Positions 1-13,388 of a stretch of 64,000 bases of DNA are shown here, one piece after another. The DNA comes from Camelus ferus. Lineage: Eukaryota. A program made the position numbers and the translations under genes. The DNA lies in NCBI RefSeq assembly GCF_009834535.1, contig NC_045696.1, positions 63,924,001-63,988,000 of the forward strand, given 5' to 3'. Below the pieces are notes generated by a model that saw only the letters and a list, made by a program, of their open reading frames with translations, did no database searches and had not been told where the DNA came from. Each line of letters opens with the position of its first letter. The stretch's first letter is position 1.

Positions 1-857
1 CTAACTCTGAAACTTTTCTGATCTAATATATGTAATACACCTAGCCTAGTTCAAGATCTTAGAGTATAATTTTAAAATCATTACATACGTTTCATTTGAC
101 TCTAGTCACTTTAGAATATTAATCTTGGGATCTATGCTACAGGATCGACTAACAGCGAAAAGCATATATTTAAGGACTTCTTAATTACATCTATAGCCAA
201 ATATTTGTATAGAGTTATGCTGACTTTTATTAAAACCTGTTCTTTAAGTGACCAGAATTATATAAAATTTCCAATGTTCAATCTTTCAATGGTCCAATGC
301 AAACATTTATTGGTTGCCTACTCTATTAATAAATGTGGAAAATCTTTATGCCACAAGTTTAAAGTATCTAGGAATAACTTTGTTCAAAAGTTAAGTTAAT
401 TTCTGTAAGAAATAAGAATGTTCTCTGTTGATTCATTTCAGCTAAAACAAATACATTTCATTCTTTAAACAATTTAACATGGTCACTGACAGTAATCTGT
501 TTCATTTTAGAAATGAAAACTTGGAGAACAAATAAACAGGCAAGTTGGCTACAAACTTAGGGTGACTTAATAACGGGACCAAATAAACCACAATTTATAA
601 TTCTTTTCTAAGTACAAATCCACTATTCCTCACAGATAATCTAATTTTCAGAAAATAAATTCCTGTGTTTGGTATTTTGGGTTTGTTTACCTATTCTAGG
701 AAAGTTGCATATCTGTATTATGTATCTTTCATATTTTCACTTTGTCAAAGATTATTTCTCATATTTGGAGTCCATGAATGGATTAAGGCGACATGATCTT
801 GGTAGAAATGGCTGATTAGTGAGAACACATCAGTAGCCCCCTTAAACCATCCATCAC

Positions 858-968
858 CTTGCGCTTCGGTTGGGCATAGCTCGTGCTATATTGGCCAGCG
901 GCTCTGCGCGCTTCCTCTTCATGCTCTTGAATTTGCTGTTGTAATAGAATGAGCTCACCAAGCAGACC
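858..968 (-). CDS. OPA1: OPA1 exon 5b (111 nt, alternatively spliced; YME1L S2 site region)
   Basis: atggcag|GGTCTGCTTGG...CGCAAG|gtgatg; GLLGELILLQQQIQEHEEEARRAAGQYSTSYAQPKRK. Confidence 0.97.
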
Positions 969-3900
969 CTGCCATGAGTTTATAATGAGGAGAAGAGGAA
1001 AATTGGGGAGGAGAACAATGTTAAACCAAAGGGCACAAGAAAGGTACAGATGTAAGTTAGGAAGGAATGGACAGCTTATAACAAAAATGGAAACTCAGTT
1101 ATATACCTTTAGAGCCACTATATAACTGGGCTCTGTACCACATTTCCATTTTTCCCTCAGTAAAATTATGTCTCAAAATATAAAACAGAATAGTTTAAAA
1201 AGTAAAAAGGAAAATGCAGTGTCTGTTTGCTAAATAAAATGAGCCAGATATATAATATCAAAATACAGTAAAACCCAGACTAACTGGAATGCTCAAGGAA
1301 GGCGGCACTATAGTTCACTAAATTTCCTAGGAACACGAAAATCAAGAAAACAAAAATTTCAACCCTTATTTTTGAATTGCCAACATGAACTAGTGTATAC
1401 TCCTGACGACACATATGGGGAAAAACCAAAACTGATTTTTTGAACAGTGTTGATCTTACAGGCCCAAATCTTTTAGTTCTCAACCATAAGTTTCATAAGA
1501 CTAAACGGAGAACACATAATAGCTTATTTACTTATTACATTATTTATTCTTAATTATATTTTCCTTGACATTTAATGTCTTCAATTAATTAAAGATTACA
1601 GCCCCTCAAAACTAAGTTTTTGAGCATCAAGTTAATCAAGGTTTTACATTAATTCATATATTTTACATGCTATGCACACTATCTTATTTGACTAAACTTT
1701 AAGGGATTTTTTTGGCAATTTAAAAAATGTTTGGGATACTCTTTTAACTTTATACATCATCAAATAAGTGATTTCAATGAATTTTCATTTTGTGAGCTGT
1801 TTTGACATTAAATAAAAATAGCCTATGAGACTATAACCAATGAGATATCAATAACTAAAGCATAGGTACTATAAAAGAACATAATTAAGATATGGAGATA
1901 ATACAAGTTACTATGAAAATAAAAATGAAACAAAATCCAGTTTGGACCTATGCACAAAATAATCACCATTTCTATGTTTAAAATGAATTCCATTTAATAA
2001 TTATGAAATGTTCATCTGGTGCAATGTTTTCACATGTGGCATGAAACTAAAATAGAAGTCATTTTCTATACAATGCTTTTAAATGCTGGTCTTTCAGACA
2101 ATCGATCTCAAGAAACACAGAAGAAAAAAAACTAGGAATTGACAAGGTTGGGAGCCTAATTTTTCTTAGAAACCTTAAAAAGATAAAGTTCCAATGAATG
2201 AGGTTACTCTTTAATTTGCACAAAAATATTTTCTGGGAGAACAGGCTCAATTTTACCAAGTTATAAAAACTAAAAGAGGAAAACTAACAGTTATCAAAAT
2301 AGTCTAAATTAGGAGTTTCAAACAGCTTCACAGCTTTATAAAATAACTGCCAAAAATATTTTATTTTGCATAAGACAATTATAAATTTTCTTAAACTGAA
2401 ATACTGGTTAACATTACATCCAAATTTTAACTAGTAGACTCATCCGAAGGCTTAATAACCTAGTTTATATAATCTAAAGACTTAACAAAGTCTTCCAGAA
2501 AAGAAGTAAATACAAATAGAAAAGCTTTAATATAGTAAAGCATTTTAAACAAGGGAAAATATTAGTATACAATTTGGGGGATTTTAATTTTGTTTGCTCC
2601 TTAGTTTTATTACATTAAACTATACCAACAATAATAAAACTGGTTTACTTACTATAAATCAAAGGATGAAACTAGTTGTTATTTCTGCATGACAAGTACG
2701 AGGACATCAAAGTGGCAAGTAACATAACTGAAATTTCAACATCTGTGTCCAAATTCAATAGTACAAAATGTATAAAAAACCTGCAGTTATCTTTTAAGAT
2801 GTCTCTTTTAAATAAATACTTTTATGGTCATTGATAACTCTATCAAAGAAATGCAATGCCAACTCACTACTCTCATCATCCCCATAATTTTTAATGTCCT
2901 TTTTTATTTTTTATATCACTGACTTTCATCAAGCAGAAAGAAAAGTAATCCAACTTATTTTTACTCATTTAGTCATTTATCATAAACACCTCTCCTAATC
3001 ATCTAAATCTTTAGATTTCTCTAAGTGACTCCTTTTTAAAGAAGGCTTCTCACGTTGGCTTCTACATTAGTGTGCCTGTGTTTAAACTAACATAATACCA
3101 GTATTATAATTTATAAAACATCAAAGCAGTGAGAAAATATTCCACATTTCTTAACTGTGCTGGTCTATCAGGCACATGATTCTTTTTACTTACAGCTTAA
3201 CCACCCCTCCCTAGTCCATCGCTTATCTCTATATACAAACTGTATGATAAATACTCTAATATCTACACCATTACAAGAAAAACACCCTCTTTCTAGTGAC
3301 ACCTCACTTTCCTTCCAAGTCTGTTACTGAAGCACTGTTATGTGAAGATAGTTGAAATTAACTGTTACCTCCTGAAAAAAGTAGGAAGAGAACAAGAATT
3401 AGACACAGAAAAAGCTATTTACACTTTACTACATGACTAAAAAAGCTTTACCTTTATCCAGTTTTAGGCATCAACTCTCTCTGAATAATGATGGGCTATT
3501 TCTAAAGCTAACTCATGTGGAACAAGGAAGAGGAGGAATTGTGTGTGCCTTTAAGAGTGCAGGGCACACTCCTTAAATGAACAAAATACTTTTACTCAAT
3601 ATCTTCCCAAGTACAGAAGTTTTTCTCTCAAGAAATAGCACATAATTTTTAAAATGACATGTATTATATTAAAGCTGTAATGATTCTTGTCTATAACAAT
3701 AGTTATTGTAAACAACCACAGATAAAATACTCTCTAAACATCTCCTGGTCACTGTCAGTTTGACCCTGTAGCTCTCATAGTTCTGTATTTCATGCATAGC
3801 GTTCTTGGTTTTTTAAAAAAGTATAATGTCAGACCAGAAAATCAGTGGTTACTCCAGAAGCCAAAGCATCAACTGAAAGTGCTGCAAATACCTCTAAAAG

Positions 3901-4444
3901 TCGATGAGGTTCATAGAAAAGATTTTTTAAAATCTTAAAGTAATGACTCATTATATTGTAAATTATAAAATTAAATTATATTCATATATAATTATGTATA
4001 TATATGTGCATCCATTTAAAATATTATATTGTTAATAGCATTCTAAAAATTAATAGCAGAGCAGAGCCCATAGTCTGTTTTTACACCTAACACGTAGAAT
4101 AAGGCCTGACACATTACATGTGTCACAGCCAGCACCCAGAGTAGGGCTTGGCGCACGTTTGTTGCCTGAATGAATTGAATGAATTAAATGATAACCTACT
4201 TTTACCTAATAATACAAAGTTTATAGCATAAAATCCAAATTGAGTTTCCTAAAAAAATGCTTATTTTGTAAATAAGCTACACATCAACCGTACAATCCAT
4301 TTTCCCACTCATCACAATTCCCAGACAGCCTCCCACAGAAATTAAGAAAAGGGGAGGAAATTAATCAAATAATGTTAATATGCTGTTAACTGAAGGAATA
4401 ATTCAAAGTGTAAGATAGTAACGATCATCACTGTCATCATCATA

Positions 4445-4660
4445 TTTATTAATATTTAGTTTTATTATGTGCCAGGTCTTGCGCTAAAGAGCTTTATGTA
4501 ATTCTCACAGCAACCCTATCAGGTCGAGTTCCCTCTGTTACTGAAAAGGAAACCAGAAATTCAGAGAAGCTGGAACTTATCCTAGGTCGTGCAGCTCAGA
4601 AAGCAGGAAGGGCAGGATCTGAATACAGGCAGTGTGACTCCAAAGTCTGCACCTGATACC
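4445..4660 (-). mobile_element. MIR SINE
   Basis: atgtgccagg...ctcacagcaaccctat...ggaaaccagaaattcagagaag...ggatctgaatacaggcagtgtgactcc. Confidence 0.75.
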
Positions 4661-7600
4661 ATCCTATTAGCTCTGTAGTCTCACTACTTTCAAACTGCCT
4701 TTGACCCATCAGGTTCAATCTATATTTAAAAGAGAAAAATGGGACGACTACAAAACTTTGGAGGGCATATGTAACGTACTTTTTAGAGAAGGAGCTGGCA
4801 AACTACAGTGGGCTGGGGGAGCAGTCCACAGAGACCCTGAGCCTGCCAAGCTAGAACAGTTACTATCTGCGCCTCTGAGGGAAGGCTTGTCAACCCAGCT
4901 TTATCAGTCTTGTAAGTAACGTGGGGCCATGAAAAGAACTGTTTGACAATGAAGACTTCTTTCCCCTTCCTGTAAAAAATATTCCTAGGAACTAATCTAC
5001 TTTTCAAAGTTTGAATAATTCTGTTATTTGACTAGCTAAAAAGAACTATTTTCCTATTTTTCTCCAACCCCAGTAATACATAATCCTGCTCAAGATATGC
5101 ATAGCCAACTAAAATATGTTTATTATTAGATATCAGCAGGAAACATGTCTTTCCACTTGTATTGTTTAACCTGTTTCAATTCAGAAATACCATATTCTAT
5201 TTTACTATTTGGACAGTTTCTACAAATAATAGTTTTAAGAGATGAACAAATCGGTTAATTACCAATAGTTTTTGTCAATATTACAATTTCTATCAAATCC
5301 CCTTTGCTCTAAATTACTACCTAAAAACAGTGTTATGTATACAGTATATGTTCAATGTTTTTTAAATGACATAAAAATGAAGTATGTTTATTATTAAGGA
5401 ATAAAATAAGTATCTAACTAACTATACTTGCTAGTTGCCAGCTGCTCAGGAAACTTAAGTTTCCTGAATCTGTGGCTACTTGATGGTGCTGGTTGTGAAA
5501 ACTTCATTTTGCCAGTTTACATTATTTGTTGCATGAGGAATCCCAGAAATGTAAATCCTACTTAAGTAACACTGCTTTGTCACAATTCAGAATTCCAAAT
5601 ATACACGCTACCTTCACCTTCTTATTTTCCTGAATAGTTGCCAAATGTTGAAGGCCAAGAGAAATTCACAGGTAATGAGAGCCAAAAAAAAAAAAAAAAA
5701 AAAAGAAAAAAAAACAAACCCACATTATATAAAATCTTCGGGCCCATTCTTGTTAGCATTAATCAAATTCACTTACTTTAAGTTAGCCTCTCTTTTACTG
5801 AGTTAAATCAATCAAGGAATTTTGTTAAGAATTCAGCATTATCCTAGGTGCTCTGAGTACAGAGATTTTGTGACAGAAATAGCCCATTAAATATTAAGAA
5901 TGAAAGCCAAAGTAAATGGTGTTTCATCTGTTAAATGTTTTAAACATTAAGAGTAAAATTAGTGGGACTAAAATAGTTATGGAAGGCTTCATGAAAGTGA
6001 CAAATGAACTGGGCTTTGAAGATGAGTGAAAATTAGGCAAAGAAAAGGGAAAAGAGATTATTTCAGCTGGGAGGTACAAAATAAGTAAAGCCACACAAAT
6101 AAGAATTAGAGTAACACACGGAATGGAAGAGAATTACTGTTAATAATATTTAAAACAGTAATACCATTTTTATGATCTGGACTTTTAAAAGATCCTCCAA
6201 ATATTTTCTATTAATTATAAATGTGCTTGTAACCTTCCAAAAGACAATATTCCTTACTTCTGTGATATGTTTATGACCAATCAGAAACATCATAGAGCAA
6301 AAGTACAAATAATAAAATGTCTCATTTAGCAAGTTAATTTTCACTAAAACACAACAATCTTTCTAAATCTAAAAAGAGAAGATACACTAACTGGTCCTGT
6401 CATCTACATGTATTATGACCAATATACAGAAATTTGCTGATTTACAAACCAGATTAGTCCATTAATTCACTAAAAAAGGCTCGCCACTCCAATTCCTAAT
6501 TCATCTTCAGGTAGTTCTTTAGGTCTCCTGAATATTATTATCAAGACTCAAGAACATTATTCATTTCACAGTAAGGGCTCTAATATTTTTCTACAGTGGA
6601 CACAAGTTTTCAAATTTTTGATTAAAAGCAGTTATTAAAAAATTGTTTCAGTATTTTTCCATTATTTATTTTTCCTTTATTTCTCAAAAATAAAATCAGA
6701 ACTTTTGATCAACATAACATAACTAGTGTCCACAAACTGAATGAATATAAATCCAGGCAAAATCAAAGAAACTGGATGTTTCATTAGCCTGGGCAGCAGT
6801 ATGTGGGAATACACGCTTTTTTGACTTTTTGAAGAACTCAATTACAACGTTGCAGAAGACCCAAAGTCTAGTGACCCCAGATTGGGAACCACAGGTAATC
6901 TGTCCATCATGCTGTTCATTCTGTCTAACTCAGGTCAATCTGACATCTATGTTCCCTCAGTTCCCTGTCACTTTCACTTCAGTTGACTTTGAAAGGCTCC
7001 TAACTATCCCTTGACATGCTAACACTTCTCCAGATGTGTTCTCTTATTAGAAAGAACAAATCTTTTTTTAGTTCCAGTTGTAAAAATGTGTTTAATTTAT
7101 CACTACTTTTTAAAAGAATCTGATTCACATTTACTTTTACATTTCTACCTGAAGTCTAGCCAGAAACTTTGGTACAAACCAGACAGTCTTTAAGCTGAGA
7201 CATGACTGCTTCAAACTCTGAACACCATACCACCTGATTGCCTATTGAGTTTTAGAGTAATTTCAAAAAGGCTTCTGCTAAGGTCTCCCTTTCCATGCTT
7301 ACATTCAACCACCAATTGATAAACAAGTCTCTTAAAATCAGTTTATTTCCATCTTATCTGAGCAGTTCAGTATTTTCAAATATCACAGGTAATAGTCAAG
7401 CTTTGAAAACATAATGCTGCATATTAACAGAATTCAAAACCACTAATTGAGGCTGAAAATACTTCTTCTGTATAGTAAATATTTATACTAACATTTAATA
7501 CTATTTGATTTCGCCTATAATGAGAACAGCTTAATTAGAACTCTAGATTTAGCATTTGAACAAATAGTTGGAAATAACTGGTAAGTTTTTAATGGGTAAG

Positions 7601-9166
7601 ATAACCACCATAAGCTATGCAAAAAGTTAAAAAGAAATAGTCTACAAGAGCATTTATCTTCAAGCAAAGTAAATTATAAAATAAAGCAATACATTTGCTT
7701 TGAAGCCTATTGCATAAAATGAAATCCATACAAATTCCCAGAGATCCAGTCTCTTGTTTCTTCTATATTGCAGAGCTCCTAATCATTTATCAATTACTAC
7801 TCATTTATCACCCTGGCAGGATTTTAAGGGAATTATCCAAGTCAGCCCTAAACAGGTTTCTCCTTTACCAAAGCAATCCTAGGCCATAACAGAAAAGAAC
7901 AGAGATGCAGGCCTCACCTAACTGATCTAGGCAACAAGAAATCTTGTCACTTGAAAACCACACTTCCATTCCTTAACAGAGCCTCCTTCACCCCAGATAG
8001 ATTAGCTCCTCTCTGCACAATAACTCTATCTGCATTAAGGGCCAAGGTGTAGGCTCAAAATAAGCTGTGCATCATAGGTTAATTTTTATTCAAATTTTTC
8101 TCCCCAGCAGGTATAGTCAAGGGGGTCACTTGGTTAAAATAATGCCAATGGAAAAGGTATCAAAAATGATCAAATTAAAAGTTAAAATACACATGCACAC
8201 ATATACACACATTTTGAAATGTTTTCTCCAAAAGATCAAGTTAAAAGACGAAAGAAAAAATCTTTTGAAAATATAATTCAAACCTGGAACATCATGTAAA
8301 AAGTTCAAAGTTGAAGGACAGGAAACAAGATGGAAACCTACACACAGGAATTATTTTCCTCCTGCTTCCCAAATGAACTATTTACTTCAATGTATTAAAA
8401 TCGTAAAAACTCTCAGTATTTAATTTTAAAATGTTCATAGAATATTTTTCCCAGATATCTGTCTATCTAGGTATTAATTTTTTAAAAAATTCCAAGGAAG
8501 CAGTTATCTTACCAATTCCAAAAGAAAATGTCAGCAATTCTCCTAAAACTTTCATAAGGATTTTATTACATGTATTGAAATTAACATATCCTAAATAACC
8601 CCATACATAATTCTGTTGACTACCAATGTAACAGAAATCTATTTATCTACTATTATCCCCATCACTGTAACGAACTTGCTATTCCCTTAATATTTCCCCT
8701 GAATGTATGTCATGAAATATTAGTTCCTAGATGATATTTCACGGAAAAGGGGTTCTGTTGTTAAACAAATCTGGAAAACCCTGCATACTCTGACTTATCT
8801 TAGAGATTCACAATGCACACGGGTATATAAAGGTCTGAGAAATTCCAGGGAAAAGAAAAGAAGCCTGATTTGTTTTACTTATACCAGCTTTCCCCCACAT
8901 ATATTTAACAACAAAACCCTTTGTTGAGGACAATCCCTGAAACTAATGCTTCACAGACACGTTTGAGGGAAATGGGCTCCTCCCATTATATTTCCAGAAC
9001 TGTTACATAATACGCTGCATTTTATACCAAGATTAATAACAATACCTTTGTAGGATGCTTGTATATTTGTTCCTCAGATGTTACCATTTTCAAATCTTCC
9101 AGGTAGATAAAAACTTTTTAAAATCTTTCCAGACTATCTATGTGAAGAATGCTCCCTTACACTTGC

Positions 9167-9234
9167 CTTTTTATAACGCTTGTCACTTTCAGATCCAGGA
9201 TCTGTTGCTCTAAATGCCGTTTCTCCAGGTGAAC
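9167..9234 (-). CDS. OPA1: OPA1 exon 5 (68 nt), encodes the OMA1 S1 cleavage site (FR|ATD)
   Basis: ctttaag|GTTCACCTGG...TATAAAAAG|gcaagt (GC donor); (G)SPGETAFRATDPGSESDKRYKK. Confidence 0.95.
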
Positions 9235-9915
9235 CTTAAAGATAAATATGCGATCCTTTAATTCTCCAGTGATGTCGATAGGCTAAACTAAATTCCAAAT
9301 TATGTTTAGTCAGTTGAAAAGTAAATGTATTTCTAGAGGAAACATCACTTTTTGGGAAACTATTCTTATTTTAAGAAATAAAGGAAACCTAAGGAAAAAA
9401 GTTCAAAAATATTATAGGATGTGTTTAACTGATTGTTTAAAATATCACTGAAAATTACAATAAAAATAAGACAATCTTTGATAAGGATTATTTTACATGA
9501 GAGTACTTACAGTTTGGCCTTACACAACTGCCATTTACAGACCACATACAGTAAAAAAGTTAAATTTAAAATGTCAACTGTGACAGGACAGATGAGACAA
9601 ACTAAAATGACTTTTCGTTTCAATTGTCAGAAACAATCAGATCAGTTTCAAGAAAATATTTTGGTTAAGCAAACTTTCTTTGTAATAGCTTTACTCTTAT
9701 AATATAGATACATATCTAGGAATTTTAGTTTTACCAAAAAATAATTACTTTATTATTTCCACCTAAAGGATAATGAATTTGCCCAATATAATTCTGGCAT
9801 TTTAAAATTCAGCATAAGCAGCATTATATATCTGGTCTGCAATTTTATTTGCAACTAGTTTATTAGAAGCATTTAAAAGGCATGTTAAGGTCAGCAAAAA
9901 TATCTGTTTACACAC

Positions 9916-9969
9916 CTAACAAGAGAAGTAGGTCAGAAGCTTCTATGACTTCACTAACCAATTTGTGAC
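9916..9969 (-). CDS. OPA1: OPA1 exon 4b (54 nt, alternatively spliced)
   Basis: ttttcacag|GTCACAAATTGG...TTGTTAG|gtgtgt; (G)HKLVSEVIEASDLLLLL. Confidence 0.96.
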
Positions 9970-10471
9970 CTGTGAAAAATCAGCAAAGGGGGAAATAGAA
10001 ATGTAAAATTTAACAGGAATGAGCAAACAAAGATGTCTGAGACCTCAGATTTATAGCATGATAGGGCAGAATTGGGCAAATACACCTGGATTAACCTTAG
10101 TAAATTCTGTTCATTATGGTCTACTATAATTAAATTTGTTTTAAAATCACCAAATTGGCTCTAACCAATTAGGAAAAGTAAACACACAGGAAGTCTCACC
10201 TACTTGTCAAGAACAAATGCTATTTTTTTTCACTGACTAAAGCCAAGCATGTTTAAGTTCTTGCAAATTTTCATTTTGTTTGGCCAAACAAAAATTAAAA
10301 CCAGTGAGCAACAAAATTTCGTGTGTATCTTCTTTTTCCAAAAACCTAGTCTTTATTTGTACTAAATGTTTTCATTTAAAACATGGTAATAAACAAATGA
10401 ATACATCTTAAGTATTTTTCCTCTGTATTTTCTGACATTTTAAACGAGATCAAACACAAGTCCTTCCTTAC

Positions 10472-10579
10472 CTGTGGTGAAAAAGTCCTTCAATAAGCTG
10501 AGGCTTTCTGCAATCTTGTCAAAGTCAGGTGCCAATTTTGCAAGGTCTTCTGAATTAGGAAGGGCTTTTCTAATCTTCT
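10472..10579 (-). CDS. OPA1: OPA1 exon 4 (108 nt, alternatively spliced)
   Basis: ttctccag|AGAAGATTAG...ACCACAG|gtaagg; (E)[35 protein letters not shown]. Confidence 0.97.
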
Positions 10580-11092
10580 CTGGAGAAAAGAAAAAAATAC
10601 ATACTCTCAAAATTAAGAATTTGATTATTAAAACATACAATTTAAATAACCACATATAAATTTAAATAAAAATATTTTTTCCATTTTTCTCCATTACAAC
10701 TACAACTGCTACATATATCTGAAACAATGTGTTATTCTAGTGATATTCTGCAGGCCATGAAAATTTTTAAAAAATATTCACCAAACATATGGCTTAGAGG
10801 AGTATCTTTAATTTATAAGTTAAATGCCTTGGGACAGAAGCACTGTATTAATGTTAACACTGGATTGGTGTATAGAAGTACCTTTTGGAAGTCATAGCAA
10901 AGAGGCAAAGAAAAAAAAATCATTTGTAGCACCTTGCCTGAATACAAAAAAAAAAGTGATGAAATCCCAGTTCAAGTCCAAGAACAGAATTCAGTTACTT
11001 TCCTCTCTCCTTTCATATTCCCTAAGAAGATTCACACTTGTTACCATTTCAAAACATAAAAAGCTGTCTACAAGCCCAAGACAAGCCCTTAC

Positions 11093-11213
11093 TTTTGCTA
11101 GCTTTATCTATAAAGTGACTAAGTACTTTCATTTATAAATACGCAACAATTTTGTCAAAGTTTGGTACAACTTTATGTGTCTTCTAAACTAGGAAGGGCT
11201 TTTCTAATTTTCT
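11093..11213 (-). pseudogene. Degenerate tandem duplicate of OPA1 exon 4 (pseudo-exon, 121 nt) in intron 3
   Basis: ttttgtcttttccag|AGAAAATTAGAAAAGCCCTTCCTAGTTTAGAAGAC...GCAAAA|gtaagg; 32/35 identity to the start of exon 4, about 80% over the first ~69 nt; flanking intron also homologous; in-frame TAA at 11175-11173. Confidence 0.88.
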
Positions 11214-11261
11214 CTGGAAAAGACAAAACACACAAAGTTTCTCAAAATAAGAATATGTATC

Positions 11262-11465
11262 AGATTTTATTCTAAGTGCTTTAAAAGCATTAACTCGTTT
11301 AATCTTCAAGGCAATCCTACAAAACAGTTATCATCGAGCCCACTTTACAGATGAGGAATGGGGCACAGGGGGTGAGTAACAGGATCGGAGCACAGAACAA
11401 AGTGCAGGGTCAGGTTTAAGCCTAGGCAGGCCAGCTTCAGAATTCAGGCTCTCAGCCACTGTTCT
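11262..11465 (-). mobile_element. MIR SINE abutting the exon-4 duplicate
   Basis: ctaagtgcttt...tttaatcttca...cccactttacagatgaggaa. Confidence 0.75.
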
Positions 11466-12282
11466 GTGGTACTGGCGAATGTATCAAGTTAAAAAGCTCT
11501 CCTCATAAATGTTAGAAAAATAATTTCAAAGAGTGCTTTTCCTGCAAATATCTTTGTCAAGGCAGCAGTTTTATCTTTAAGAAAGTGCTGTGAATAGTGC
11601 ATGCAGAGATTAAATCCACCCCCATATACACCTAAGCTAAAATCTAAAAAAGCCAACACAAAGCCTAAATAAAAGACTTGACGAAAATCATTTCATCAGG
11701 AAAAAAAAAATTTTTTTTAAAAGATCACCATGACTTACTGGCAATCACAACTATCAAATATACTTTTTTCTCTTCTGTTATTAGAAAAGGGGAACAATGG
11801 CTGACTAACAGGAGAAGTTACTCTGGACACCAGCAGTCTTGTAAGGAATCCGGTTACAAGAAGTACAGATAACTAAGATATCCAGTCAAAGAGGGTTAAT
11901 TAGGTAGGGCACAGTACATCTGTTCTGCGTAACATACAACACTGAAAATGATGTTCAAGAAGGTGGCTTGGCAGTATGGAAAATGCTGACAAATGTGGAA
12001 GGTAGCAAAAGAAAAGAGAGCAAAGTGTGTGTTCACTATGACTATATACTTTTTAAAAAGGAAACGAAAATAATAACCACATACACAAAATAGGTACAAT
12101 GAAAAGAAACTGTTTCTTAAGGATAATGGCAGCTGTGTTAAAGTGATGAACTAAGGGATAATTTTTTTTCTTACCAATTTTTTCTCTATTAATTTTATCA
12201 TTAAAATAAAACTGCTACACCTTGAACTTATGAGTTAAGAAACTCTCTCTTTTCTAAAGATAAGACGAATAAAAGTATTTTA

Positions 12283-12393
<111 letters not shown>

Positions 12394-12980
12394 CTAAAAG
12401 ATAAAAAAGCATGTTAATCAAATGCTCTGAATACCACACAAAATACAAAGAAAAAGTACTTAAATTTCTTTAGTTAAAACACACTAATCTACTAAGAGTG
12501 ATGTATTATGTTCAAAATTTTTAGAACAAAGTGGCCTCAGCTCTTCTAAAAATAAATTAGCAGACAACCACATAAAACATGTAAATGTTGCTTTACTAAA
12601 TATAGACAGTGTAAAAATTCAAAATATATTCCTGTTTCAAACAGGTTTCATGATTTGGCTTTAAACACTGAGGAATAGAAGCAAGACAAACCAGGGGTCA
12701 GGACATCTTGCCTCTGGTCCCAGAGCTGCCAAGAAGTGGTTGCATGAACATGCCACTTACTTCCCTGCCTGTGCTACTAAATGGCAAAACCGAAACTCAA
12801 ACCTAAGTGTGCTTACTCCCAGCTCAGAGCTCCTTCCGCTAGGCCATTAGCATCTCCTATAGTAAGTAACAGTCAGAGAGCATTTTCCTATTAGCACCAG
12901 TAAAACAATTCAGCACACGGTAGACACTCAGAAAACATCTAATTGTATTCTACTGCACTAAAGGAAAATGATATACGCTA

Positions 12981-13388
<408 letters not shown>

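Noticed and set aside
1..9100. Possible OPA1 antisense lncRNA, as annotated in human around these introns
   Set aside because: Nothing in the sequence itself supports its exons.
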